The position numbers were made by a program, and so were the translations under genes. A stretch of DNA of 64,000 bases from IMG/VR virus record IMGVR_UViG_3300018059_000012, positions 1-64,000 of that record, one strand, 5' to 3'. A model generated the notes under the pieces. That model was given only the letters and a program-made list of their open reading frames with translations. It was not told the origin of the DNA and ran no database searches. The DNA is from a virus. Positions 38,483-47,533 of the stretch are shown here, in pieces (position 1 is the first letter of the stretch; each line of letters starts with the position of its first letter).

Positions 38483-38554
38483 GAAGGCGATCTCATCTCC
38501 CGGGCTTGTTGCTTGTAGAGTCAGGAGGCCCAGCGCATCAAACGACACAGGAGG
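38402..38554 (+). promoter_or_regulatory. Structured leader with perfect 16-bp hairpin and start-associated motif
   Basis: GGTGAGT/ACTCACC around TATACT; AGCCCGGGAGATGAGA/TCTCATCTCCCGGGCT (38469-38506); AACGACACAGGAGG at 38541. Confidence 0.6.
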
Positions 38555-38559
38555 GCCGG

Positions 38560-38808
38560 ATGACAACGAAGAAAGGCGACGCAATGCAGGTAGTCAAACC
38601 GCTTCGCGAACCAGTACGCATCCCGACGCAGTGCTGTGAACGTCCGATGCAGAAGCTCTCGCATCCGTCCAGCACCACGGGGCAGCTCAAGATTGTCATG
38701 AAGTGCACGGGCTCATGCTCCCGTCAAGTCGACATCACCCCACCGGATCCAGACCTCGAGAAGAAAGCTACCGCCGCGAAGCAGCGGTCGAAGGCGGGGA
38801 GGCGCTAG
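38560..38808 (+). CDS. Small zinc-binding protein
   Basis: CC..PM...C...C; strong RBS. Confidence 0.6.
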   Translation: MTTKKGDAMQVVKPLREPVRIPTQCCERPMQKLSHPSSTTGQLKIVMKCTGSCSRQVDITPPDPDLEKKATAAKQRSKAGRR

Positions 38809-38809
38809 C

Positions 38810-39358
38810 ATGGGACTCGTCACCAACGTCGAAGGGATCGCACGGGAGATGGGCATCCCGATCGGAATCAATCCGATGAAGCCCGGCGACATCATGTTGA
38901 ACAAGAGCTTCCAGTCATTGCCGCCAATGTGTCCGGTCTGCTGGCCGAGCAAGATCCTCATCTATCCCACCGATCAGAACTCGCAGACCGGCAATCAGCT
39001 TTTCGAGTGCTTGAACGGTGACGGCCACTACCTCGCGGTCTGGCGTGTCAGGGATCAGACCTGGGGTCAGCGCCCCGGGGCCGAGCGTCCGAACTGGGTC
39101 GCACCGATTCAGGGTGGCCGCGCAGCGGTGAAGCCGACCAAGAAGAAGCCGGGGAAGAAGTCGAAGGCAGCGATCAAGGGTCGGCCTCGCCCGGTGCCCG
39201 ATGACGGTGAGGAAGATGAGGAAGATGTCAAGGGTGCGCATGAGCTCAGACGTCGCGATGGTAAGCCTATCGATCCCAAGGCTCGTTTGCGATTCGATGT
39301 CACGGGTCCGGCACTAGCTGCGGCGCACAAGAAGCGGAAGGTCAAGACCCGGAAATGA
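38810..39358 (+). CDS. Zinc-ribbon protein with basic tail
   Basis: CPVC...C....GH; Lys/Arg-rich C-terminus. Confidence 0.6.
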   Translation: MGLVTNVEGIAREMGIPIGINPMKPGDIMLNKSFQSLPPMCPVCWPSKILIYPTDQNSQTGNQLFECLNGDGHYLAVWRVRDQTWGQRPGAERPNWVAPIQGGRAAVKPTKKKPGKKSKAAIKGRPRPVPDDGEEDEEDVKGAHELRRRDGKPIDPKARLRFDVTGPALAAAHKKRKVKTRK

Positions 39359-39894
39359 GCGAGCTGCAAGTCCTCCACGGAGAACCCAGGCACAAGATCA
39401 GCAGCTTCGTTGCTGATCTTCTGGGCCGCCGGAGCGAGACCATCAGGGCGATGCGTCCGGCCCTGGTCAGCCTCGTCGTTGGCGTCGTCGGACAATTCGA
39501 AGCGATGAAAGCCCAGTTCTCCGTGATCGATCTGAAGAAGGTGAAGTTCGCAGAGACGACCTGGACCAAAGACGGCCAGCTCGTCATTCAGATCGGGTAC
39601 GGTGAGCTGCCCGCATTCATGGAAGAGCGATATCACATCGACGAGATCGTGCAGGACATCATCGACAAGAACGCGAAGATCATCGAGTTGCGCGATGAGT
39701 TGGCGCAGTTCATCGCGGCGATGGTCGATCAGTGGGGGATCGTCAAGCAGCGGGAGCCGTTGCTGATTCTGGCTGGTGTCAGCTACGACAACTTCCGCTG
39801 GCTCGACAAGATGTTGATCATCGACACACGCGTTGCTGGAGAGCTGTACGGCTGGAACCGCGGGGCCAACGCTGGAGCGCGTGTGATGCTGTAG
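39355..39894 (+). CDS. Hypothetical protein
   Basis: Coupled ORF with genome-typical codon usage. Confidence 0.65.
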   Translation: MSELQVLHGEPRHKISSFVADLLGRRSETIRAMRPALVSLVVGVVGQFEAMKAQFSVIDLKKVKFAETTWTKDGQLVIQIGYGELPAFMEERYHIDEIVQDIIDKNAKIIELRDELAQFIAAMVDQWGIVKQREPLLILAGVSYDNFRWLDKMLIIDTRVAGELYGWNRGANAGARVML

Positions 39895-39898
39895 CAGA

Positions 39899-40033
39899 CT
39901 TCGACTGTCTCGTCTCCACTCCCATCGGGACGCCAATGAGAGTGTAGGCGGGATTGCTAGATAACAGAGGCGGAGGACCGGGCCCCGGCAGCTTGGTTTT
40001 CCGCCTTTGTTGTTGCAGGCGAGACAGTCGAAG
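39899..40033 (+). ncRNA. Candidate structured RNA (multi-stem junction)
   Basis: Perfect 14-bp terminal stem CTTCGACTGTCTCG/CGAGACAGTCGAAG enclosing two internal hairpins; occupies nearly the whole intergenic gap. Confidence 0.5.
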
Positions 40034-40063
40034 GTAGTACACAACGACAGAGGAGGAGCGGCG

Positions 40064-40330
40064 ATGAAAGCAGAGCAGAGTAGTGGAGCGGTGGTCGAAG
40101 AGAAAGCAGCCCCGTCACTCGGGGAGCAGATCAGCAGGCTGGAACAGACAATGGTTCTGGAGGCGTTCAACGAGATGAAACGGCGTGGGGATGCGGAGCT
40201 ACGAATCGCCTCCCGCCGTGATCGTGTCTCCGGACTCATCGAGGTGACCTACATCGGGGTTCACGAGAAGGCGGACCTGGAAGGACTCAGGGATCTCTAC
40301 AAGCGCGTCAAGCGGGGGATGAAGTTCTAG
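40064..40330 (+). CDS. Hypothetical protein
   Basis: AGGAGG RBS, ATG40064. Confidence 0.65.
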   Translation: MKAEQSSGAVVEEKAAPSLGEQISRLEQTMVLEAFNEMKRRGDAELRIASRRDRVSGLIEVTYIGVHEKADLEGLRDLYKRVKRGMKF

Positions 40331-41983
40331 ATGCTACAAGCGACGCTCATTGTTCAGAGCTTCCTGCTAGAGGGTGGGCCGGGCTCTGGTCGACGTGGAC
40401 ATAAGTCGGATCGCGGGACCGTACCATATGCAGACAGGCAAGGCGCTGGACTGGATTCATTCAGTGGAGAGCCGGTTGATGGACCACTTGATTTCAGTGG
40501 TAAACCAGCTGGTAAGTTGGATGATGACTTCGACAGGGCATGGGCAGCACGTGATCTTGGTGCACTTGCCAAACTGACGCCGGCCAAGATCGAACCATCG
40601 ACCAAGACTAAGGCACCAGGCACTCGCAAAGTCGGCAAGCGATCTGATGAGAGCTGGGTGGATCAGGGCAAGAAGAAGCCCGCAGGGATGAAGAGCACAC
40701 TGCTGTACACTGCGCAGGCGATGCTCTCCCATGCTCCACTGCTCCGCAAGAAGAAAGTCCTCGCCAAGCCGGTCGATGATCAAGTCCCTGTGGCGAGCTT
40801 CGTCGATGATGTCAAGCGGAAGATGAAGCTCAAACACGTGATGCAGCATACGAACGAAGCGCTCCCTGGCCGCCTCGAGACCAAGGAAGATGTCAACTAC
40901 CGCTACGCGGAGAACCCGGAACGGTCGTGCGGGAAGTGTACGCACTTTCTCTTTCCAGGCGCGTGCGACATGGTCGCTGGGTTGATTCGCTACGTCGATG
41001 TCTGCAATGAGTTCGAGGCGAAAGACAATGTCGCCAAGAATCAAGCTGCTCCGACAGTGCAGGCGACATTCGTCGACAGTGCCAAGAAAGAATCAGCTGT
41101 TCCCGGGACTGATGAGCATGCCGCGTTGCTGAGTGGGCAAGGCTGGCAGTTTCATGCGAACGATCACGACACCATTGTCTACACGAATCCCGAAACGGAT
41201 GAAGAGATCCGCGTCTGGGATTCCGGGAACTGGATCCGCTATACCGCGGATCAGCACGTCGTCGCACAGGGACAGGGTGTTGAATCACTTAGGCAAGATC
41301 TCAGTGCGCATGAAACCGAAGGTGGACCTGGGAGTGGTCCGCAGAAAGGTGGGAAGAAATATCCACTTGGTCCTGGTACTGGATCGAGAGCGGCGAACAA
41401 AGATACGGCACGACAAAGTGAAGAGGGTGGCCCAGGATCAGGGCGTCGCTCAGGTGATGGGAAAGGTGAGAAGCAAGGCTTTGAGATTCATCTCAAAGAT
41501 GATACGGGTCGCGATGAAAGTTACACTGTTGTCGCGATTAACAAGAAGGATGCAATCGACAAAGCCAAGGCTGAACATCGGACCAAGCGACCTGATGCCA
41601 TGGACGTCAAGCCGACGTTCATTGGAAAATCTTACCGTTACAATCCCGAAGCAGAAGGCGGGCCCGGCTCCGGACGACGGCCTGGTGGCAAGACGATCTA
41701 CGCCAAGGCTGAGCCTGCGAGCGATGAGGATCGCCAGATTGGAACGTTCACCCGCCGCGAGAAGCCGGGCGAGCGTCGCCAGCGGATCAAGGACAGGCCA
41801 GTGGATCCGGCAACGGCCAAGGCGATTCAGAAAGCATTGCTTGTCGTCAGAGCGTCACTGGTGACGAAGAACGAGGCCATGTCAACGATGGGCTCTCATG
41901 TCGCGATCAGCGATGTCCCGGGTAGTGATTCGCAGGACTACACCGCCCCAGGCCTGAAGCATGGACGGAGAGGAGCAGCATGA
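40331..41983 (+). CDS. Modular head-associated protein with four EGGPGSG motifs and a HiPIP-like four-Cys domain
   Basis: EGGPGSG x4; DVNY......SCGKCTHF...ACDMVAGLI....VCNEF. Confidence 0.7.
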   Translation: MLQATLIVQSFLLEGGPGSGRRGHKSDRGTVPYADRQGAGLDSFSGEPVDGPLDFSGKPAGKLDDDFDRAWAARDLGALAKLTPAKIEPSTKTKAPGTRKVGKRSDESWVDQGKKKPAGMKSTLLYTAQAMLSHAPLLRKKKVLAKPVDDQVPVASFVDDVKRKMKLKHVMQHTNEALPGRLETKEDVNYRYAENPERSCGKCTHFLFPGACDMVAGLIRYVDVCNEFEAKDNVAKNQAAPTVQATFVDSAKKESAVPGTDEHAALLSGQGWQFHANDHDTIVYTNPETDEEIRVWDSGNWIRYTADQHVVAQGQGVESLRQDLSAHETEGGPGSGPQKGGKKYPLGPGTGSRAANKDTARQSEEGGPGSGRRSGDGKGEKQGFEIHLKDDTGRDESYTVVAINKKDAIDKAKAEHRTKRPDAMDVKPTFIGKSYRYNPEAEGGPGSGRRPGGKTIYAKAEPASDEDRQIGTFTRREKPGERRQRIKDRPVDPATAKAIQKALLVVRASLVTKNEAMSTMGSHVAISDVPGSDSQDYTAPGLKHGRRGAA

Positions 41984-42477
41984 ACGACGTCGACAGGATT
42001 GCTCGGCTGATCGAGCGTCGTCTGCCACTCCGTATTCTACAGCTCGTCGAAGATGATGAGCCCGAGCGCTCGCCCTTGCAGAAGCTCTGGGATACGGCGA
42101 CCAGGCATGAGACCTGGAAAGCGTGCATGGCCAAGGCCGTCGGTGAAGTCTCCCCACCTGGCTGGGAGGGCACGGTCAAGGCGATGAAGGGACATCCTGA
42201 CATCACCAACCCCTGGGCACTTGCCTGGTGGATGGATGGACAAGGGATGTCCTCGCACAAGCAGAGCGAGAAGGAAGGTGGTCCAGGCTCCGGACGCCAC
42301 AAAGGTGGTGGGAGTCAGATCATTGCACGTGGTGAGACACCAAAAGGTGGATGGGCAGGTGACAAACGTTTAACGCGACCAAGCAATCGTCCGACGTCTC
42401 CTCGTCGTGATCGGTTCGATCGACCGAGTGATACACCAAAAGGTGGTTGGGCTGGAGCGAGGAGATTGACACGGTGA
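41980..42477 (+). CDS. Head-associated hypothetical protein with EGGPGSG motif
   Basis: PPGWEGTVKAMK...ITNPWALAWWM; EGGPGSG; TPKGGWAG twice. Confidence 0.65.
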   Translation: MNDVDRIARLIERRLPLRILQLVEDDEPERSPLQKLWDTATRHETWKACMAKAVGEVSPPGWEGTVKAMKGHPDITNPWALAWWMDGQGMSSHKQSEKEGGPGSGRHKGGGSQIIARGETPKGGWAGDKRLTRPSNRPTSPRRDRFDRPSDTPKGGWAGARRLTR

Positions 42478-44375
42478 CAATAGCAGTCGCCGACAAGAAG
42501 TCAGGCGTGACGACGCGCGAGATGCGATTCGTCACGCTCACCCCGTTTCGTGAAGCCGATGGCGTCGGGCTTGACAAGGTCGCGCGGAAAGCCAAGTGCA
42601 TCATCATTACCGAGGGCTTGGGCAACCTCCGCGACAAAAACTACTACACGGCGGAAGCGATCGAGTCCGCGGCGGTGGTGTTTCAGGGCAAACAGTTCTA
42701 CATCGACCACCCGTCAGAGAGTGAAGAAAGCGATCGCCCCGAGCGATCTATCTACGATCTCGCCGGATGGTTCGGGGAGTGCAAGCTCGGATTCGTTCCG
42801 GATCCAACGACAGGACAGCGGCTCCGAGCTTGCTTCGCGGATCTGCAGTTCGATACAACCGAAGCAGGCAGCACGGCGATGGGGAAGGTCGAAGCAGCGC
42901 TCGCGTACCAGAAGCAATTCCCGAATAGCAAGGATGTGTACGCCGGGATCAGCATCAATGGTGGTGGGATCTCTCACCCTGGAACAATACGGGGCATGTC
43001 GGTGAATCTGGTGACGGAGATTCAAGAAGCATTCAGCGCCGATATCGTCACGAAGCCCGCCCGGGGTGGGCGCTTCTTGGCGCTGATCAAAGAGGCTGCG
43101 AAGGCGGCGGCCTGGACGCGCTCCCAGACGCGGCAGCGTCGGGAAGCATCGCCCCGGACGGGGGCAGAAGGAGGGCAGTTCATGGCAACGGCGGTACTCA
43201 AGGGCCGTAGCAAGGAGGCAGGGAAGGATCCGAAGAAGGAGAAGCAGAAGGATCCCAAGGCGCTGGAAGCCCAGGCCGTGCTGCAGCAGGAGACCATCAG
43301 CCTGCTCCGCGAGGTCAAGGCACTCAAGCGTTCTGTTCGCGAGGCGGAGGCCCAGGACAATCTGGACGCCGTCAAGGAAGTCGCCACCGAGAAGCTGAAG
43401 GCGGCCGGTGCGAAGTATGCGAAGGCGCAGAAGACCGCCGATGTCGCCGGGGGCGATGTCGCGGACATCCTGATGGACATCCAGCAGGACATCGGTGAGC
43501 TGTCCAAGATGATGGGCATGGGCGGCGGAGCCGACGAGGAGTTGCCCGAGGGTGACGAAGTTCCGGAGGAAGTCCCCGAAGAAGTACCTGAGGGTGACAT
43601 GCCTCCCGAGGGCGGTGGTGAGCCGGAGCTGGTCGCCGCTGAAGGCGAAGAGGAAGCGGAAGGGGAGCAGAAGAAGAAGGAAGGCGAAGAGGAAGCGGAA
43701 GGGGAGCAAGAGAAGGAAGGGGAGGACGCCGAGAAGGAAGCCTTCGGTGACGATGACGACGAGGACGATGACGAGGGTGATGGAGATCTCGGCATGTCAG
43801 ACGAGGCGAGTGAGGCCGACCCACAGCGCATGCAGTTCAAGTGCGCCAAGTGCGCGACGGTCAACGAGGTCGCGCCACCCGAGGGCTATCAGCTCTCGAG
43901 GGCCGGCGAAACGATGGGCGAATCCGAGCGGCAGCTGCGCGGTCGAATGATCTTGATCGAGCGGCAGCTCGAGGCGAAGGAGGGGAGGTTCGTGAAGACC
44001 AACCGGAATCTGGCGACGGCACTGAAGGAGAACCAGAAGCTCGCGATCGAGCTGCGCAAGGCGAAGTCGAAGATCATCGCCTTCGATCGACTGGAGGAGG
44101 CGAGCAAGCAGCTGAAGGAGGCCAACATCCCGGCCGACATCCTCTCCGCGAAGGATCTGGTCACGCTGTACGAGCCCGAGCAGTGGGAGTCGGCCATCAA
44201 GCAGGCGAAGAACATGCTCGCCCGCGAGGCCAAGCTCACCAACCGGCAGCTCTCACCGACCCGGGAAGCGGGCGGGTTCCAGGGCACCGGCAAGGATGGC
44301 GAGGTCACCGCGAAGGATCTGTCAACGAAGTTCCACGAAGCCTACAGCGGCAAGAGCGAGGACAAGAACAAGTAG
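42474..44375 (+). CDS. Prohead protease fused to scaffolding protein
   Basis: IITEG.GN...YY..EAI, YIDHP, GISING.G (catalytic His/Ser), SADIVTKPARGG; acidic and coiled-coil C-terminal half; sits before capsid genes. Confidence 0.85.
   Translation: MTIAVADKKSGVTTREMRFVTLTPFREADGVGLDKVARKAKCIIITEGLGNLRDKNYYTAEAIESAAVVFQGKQFYIDHPSESEESDRPERSIYDLAGWFGECKLGFVPDPTTGQRLRACFADLQFDTTEAGSTAMGKVEAALAYQKQFPNSKDVYAGISINGGGISHPGTIRGMSVNLVTEIQEAFSADIVTKPARGGRFLALIKEAAKAAAWTRSQTRQRREASPRTGAEGGQFMATAVLKGRSKEAGKDPKKEKQKDPKALEAQAVLQQETISLLREVKALKRSVREAEAQDNLDAVKEVATEKLKAAGAKYAKAQKTADVAGGDVADILMDIQQDIGELSKMMGMGGGADEELPEGDEVPEEVPEEVPEGDMPPEGGGEPELVAAEGEEEAEGEQKKKEGEEEAEGEQEKEGEDAEKEAFGDDDDEDDDEGDGDLGMSDEASEADPQRMQFKCAKCATVNEVAPPEGYQLSRAGETMGESERQLRGRMILIERQLEAKEGRFVKTNRNLATALKENQKLAIELRKAKSKIIAFDRLEEASKQLKEANIPADILSAKDLVTLYEPEQWESAIKQAKNMLAREAKLTNRQLSPTREAGGFQGTGKDGEVTAKDLSTKFHEAYSGKSEDKNK
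43641..43708 (+). repeat. 29-bp direct repeat in the scaffold acidic region
   Basis: GAAGGCGAAGAGGAAGCGGAAGGGGAGCA at 43641 and 43680 (EGEEEAEGEQ twice). Confidence 0.7.
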
Positions 44376-44431
44376 TCTCTTCCAGTCGCGTCATGCAACG
44401 CACAGACGCTGAGAGGAGGTAACGAGCAACT

Positions 44432-44935
44432 ATGGGCAGGTTCCCCAACTTCTACACGTACATCAAGGACATCAATCGCGGAACGGGTGGTGCCGGATCT
44501 CCGGTTGCCTACCGCTACGACGCCTCAGCTTTCACCACCGATCCACTCGGACAGCCGGGTGCCGGTGAGATGGTCGCGTGGGATGTCACGAACCAGCGGA
44601 TCCTCCGGTTCAACCGGACGGGTGCCAACGGCAAGTACATCGGCGTGCTACGCGAGCCCGGTGACGGGATGAACGTCCTGGGCAGCAACCCCGCACTCAC
44701 TCCGCGGGAGCTGTCGGTCATGACCAGCGGCATCCATGCACTGGTCGGGACCGGTGGTGAGACGTACTCGCACGGCAACCCGGTCTACATGTCCGGGACC
44801 GATACGACGAAGGTGACCAAGACGGCGGCGGGCGGTGTGCAGGTCGGCATCGTCGAGAACCCACTCAACCAAGCGATCGTCGGGGCGGTCCGCGTCCCGG
44901 TTCTGATCGACACGTTCACGGTGACCCAGATCTAG
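44432..44935 (+). CDS. Head decoration/cement protein
   Basis: About 165 aa between scaffold and capsid; G.PVY...VGIV beta-tulip-like pattern; GGAGGT RBS. Confidence 0.7.
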   Translation: MGRFPNFYTYIKDINRGTGGAGSPVAYRYDASAFTTDPLGQPGAGEMVAWDVTNQRILRFNRTGANGKYIGVLREPGDGMNVLGSNPALTPRELSVMTSGIHALVGTGGETYSHGNPVYMSGTDTTKVTKTAAGGVQVGIVENPLNQAIVGAVRVPVLIDTFTVTQI

Positions 44936-44945
44936 TGAAAGGGAG

Positions 44946-46253
44946 GTGATGAACGCAATGAAGGGTCAGATGGTCGACATCAACAACATCTCCCGCGCGC
45001 TGCAGCTACTCGCCAACGCGGATCCGTCGAAGCTGCAGTCCAGCTTGGGCGGGCTCGCCGAGGTCGATCGCACGGGGCAGAAGGGTTACACCTTCATCAC
45101 GGCGAAGGAGCGGAAGTGGTACGGCAAGAAGCTGACCGAGCTGGCAGAGTCGGTCTGCCCGATCTGGAGCCGGGATGATTTCAAGCCCTCACGCTGGATG
45201 GACGCCTGCATGGAGACGGTCCGCGGATTCCGCGAGGCCATCCCCGAGACAGCGCTGGCGTTCCTGCTGCGCAAGGGGATCCAGACGCTCGCGAACGACT
45301 GGTACATCTCGGTCGCGCGCGAGTGGCAGGACTACGCCCTCGCCGCTTCAAGCGACGCGGTGGCGGAGTGGTACGGTCCGCTCTACGGCAGCACGGTGGC
45401 AGGGCGGGTGGCTCGCGGGGATCGCTTCCCCGAGGGTCGCATCATCGGTGAGGACAGCGTGCTCGTCAACCAGAAGTTCGGGTTGATCGAGTCGTTCGAT
45501 CGCGAGCTGTTCGACGACGACATGACGGGGCAGATCCGTCAGCGGGCCCAGCGGCTCGGTCAGTCGATGGCGATCACGGAGAATGCCTACGCGGCGCTCA
45601 GGTTCATCGGGCTCGCGGCGACCTACTCCAACCTCATCGTTCCGGCGTCGAACTACACCACGATCGACATCAATGGTGCCGCGGTCAACGGCCCCTTCAG
45701 CGCGACTCTGCATGGAACCTTCGGGAACCGGCCGGGCACGTACGTCGCACTCGCGCTGAACCCACTGAAACAGGCGTGGAGCGATCTGCTCAACGCGATG
45801 GATCCGCAGCAGAACAAGATCATCGTCAATCCCAACACGCTGCTCCACAGCTCGATGGACGCGCTGCACGCCCCACTGCTGGTCAGCCCACCCGCGGGAG
45901 TGCCGTACTACCCCGCGATCACGGGTCCGACCGGTAGCACGGCGGCCACCGCAGCCTCGGGCTTCCCGGGCGGCGTCTTCGGTGCGAACCCGTTCATGGG
46001 GCTCGGCATCAAGCCGGTCCTCGCGCGATTCCTCCCCAACTGGGCGTGGGGTCTCGGTGAGCGGGCGAAGGGCTTCGTCTTCCAGGAGCGTGATCCGCTG
46101 GAGGTCATCCAGGAGGGTGTCACCAGCGGTGCAGCGTTCGAAGTGGATGCCTACCGATTCCGCAGCCGGCGCCGGTTCGAGGCCGACTGGCTGGGTGGTG
46201 GCAGTCGCTTCTGGTGGCTCGGCAACGACGGTTCCATCACCGGGCTGTTCTAG
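44946..46253 (+). CDS. Major capsid protein (HK97 fold, Mu gpT-like)
   Basis: Position; KFGLIESFDRELFDDD.TGQI, P.TLL, GFVFQERDPLE; strongly C/G-biased third codon positions; true start may be ATG44949 or ATG44958. Confidence 0.9.
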   Translation: MMNAMKGQMVDINNISRALQLLANADPSKLQSSLGGLAEVDRTGQKGYTFITAKERKWYGKKLTELAESVCPIWSRDDFKPSRWMDACMETVRGFREAIPETALAFLLRKGIQTLANDWYISVAREWQDYALAASSDAVAEWYGPLYGSTVAGRVARGDRFPEGRIIGEDSVLVNQKFGLIESFDRELFDDDMTGQIRQRAQRLGQSMAITENAYAALRFIGLAATYSNLIVPASNYTTIDINGAAVNGPFSATLHGTFGNRPGTYVALALNPLKQAWSDLLNAMDPQQNKIIVNPNTLLHSSMDALHAPLLVSPPAGVPYYPAITGPTGSTAATAASGFPGGVFGANPFMGLGIKPVLARFLPNWAWGLGERAKGFVFQERDPLEVIQEGVTSGAAFEVDAYRFRSRRRFEADWLGGGSRFWWLGNDGSITGLF

Positions 46254-46276
46254 TCGGTGCAGGGATCGTAGGGGCT

Positions 46277-46314
46277 GCCCGGTGCTGGGTGATTCAGTTC
46301 ATCCAGTGCCGGGC
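46277..46314 (+). promoter_or_regulatory. Hairpin after the capsid gene
   Basis: GCCCGGTGCTGGGTGA/TCATCCAGTGCCGGGC; no U-tract. Confidence 0.5.
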
Positions 46315-46322
46315 GAACCAAC

Positions 46323-46751
46323 ATGAGTGAGTTTAGCGGGCTGAGCGTCCTTCCGGCTCCCAAAGCGGGATGGGCTCGAGGTCCGCTTCGTGAGCGTGAT
46401 GATGAACCACTCGATCGCTGGACGGTCCGGCAGATCGAGCGACATCGGATCATGCGCGAGATGCAGACGCTGCTCGGGACCGTGATGCGCGATACGACCG
46501 TGCTCACCCGTCCTGGGCTCCCGCACGTCATCGCTTACGATCGGAGCGGGAAGCCGTTGCGGTGGTCGCTCTGGGCACCGCACAAACTGTTGCTGATCGA
46601 TGTCTATCGTGTTCAGCTCCCGCCGGTCGCTGAACTTGAAGACCGCGACAAGTTTGCGCAGGCAGAGAACTTCCGTTACGGACTCGTCGAACCTGGGAAG
46701 CGTTTGACACTCGAGGCACTCCGAGCGTGGTTGACCGGAGAGGAGGACTAA
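46323..46751 (+). CDS. Hypothetical protein
   Basis: ORF after the capsid gene. Confidence 0.6.
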   Translation: MSEFSGLSVLPAPKAGWARGPLRERDDEPLDRWTVRQIERHRIMREMQTLLGTVMRDTTVLTRPGLPHVIAYDRSGKPLRWSLWAPHKLLLIDVYRVQLPPVAELEDRDKFAQAENFRYGLVEPGKRLTLEALRAWLTGEED

Positions 46752-46755
46752 CGAC

Positions 46756-47148
46756 ATGTCGCAGGTTGTACAGGTCGATCCAGCGGGACGGCTTCACGTC
46801 TTCAAGTATCTGCTCAGGGTCAATGGTGTGACATCTGACAAGGGGCAGAACCTTGCCGGCTTTGCACCCAAGGCATTGCTGATCATTGGAACGTTGACAG
46901 CAACGGCGATCACGTTCCAGGGTGCGATCGCGAACAAGGAAGGGAACGATATCAATCAGCCGTACTTCCCCGTTCAGGACGGCGCGGGATCGGCTGCCAC
47001 AGTGACCGTCGCAAGCAATCAGTTCGTTGCTTTTCCGGCGGCACTGCAGGCGCTCCTGCTCGGTGTTCCGTTCCTGAAGCTCGTTCCAGGAACAGTACAG
47101 GCCGCGCAGGAAATCGAAGTGTACTTGCTGGCGTCGGCACTACCGTAA
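46756..47148 (+). CDS. Putative structural beta-sandwich protein
   Basis: GGAGG RBS; ITFQG...YFPV.D..G pattern. Confidence 0.6.
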   Translation: MSQVVQVDPAGRLHVFKYLLRVNGVTSDKGQNLAGFAPKALLIIGTLTATAITFQGAIANKEGNDINQPYFPVQDGAGSAATVTVASNQFVAFPAALQALLLGVPFLKLVPGTVQAAQEIEVYLLASALP

Positions 47149-47173
47149 CCGATAACGACAGGAGGAATTGAAC

Positions 47174-47530
47174 ATGGCGCTTCGTACGCGACTCACACTG
47201 CAGTCGGTCAGCGCGGTCGGGGGGAATCCTCTCGCCTTCGCGCCGGTCGACACGATCAACGGGATGCAGGTCCAGAACAGTGGGCGCGTCGCGCTCATGA
47301 TCAAGACCGGCACAGGGGCAGGCGTGACGATTTCAGTCCCGTCCGTCGCCTGCATCCACGGCCGCCTGGGCAACATCAGTGCGGTCATTCCGGCCGATAC
47401 CCTCGAGACCTTCGGGCCCTTCCAGGATCCGACGATCTGGGGTGACGGTCGCGATCAGCTGTTCGCGGATTTCTCAGCAGCGATCGGTGGGACGTCGGTC
47501 AACACCGTCGCAGCGGTCCAGATGGTGTAG
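47174..47530 (+). CDS. Putative structural beta-sandwich protein
   Basis: N.GRV.L.IK.G...VTI...FGPF...W pattern. Confidence 0.6.
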   Translation: MALRTRLTLQSVSAVGGNPLAFAPVDTINGMQVQNSGRVALMIKTGTGAGVTISVPSVACIHGRLGNISAVIPADTLETFGPFQDPTIWGDGRDQLFADFSAAIGGTSVNTVAAVQMV

Positions 47531-47533
47531 TCG

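Noticed and set aside
42338-42455. Direct repeat ACACCAAAAGGTGG.TGGGC.GG
   Set aside because: Explained by the in-frame peptide duplication TPKGGWAG; only two full copies
39109-44308. Long minus-strand ORFs (39109-40239, 42714-43709, 43022-43864 and similar elsewhere)
   Set aside because: Antisense shadows of GC-rich plus-strand genes; no RBS or recognisable motifs
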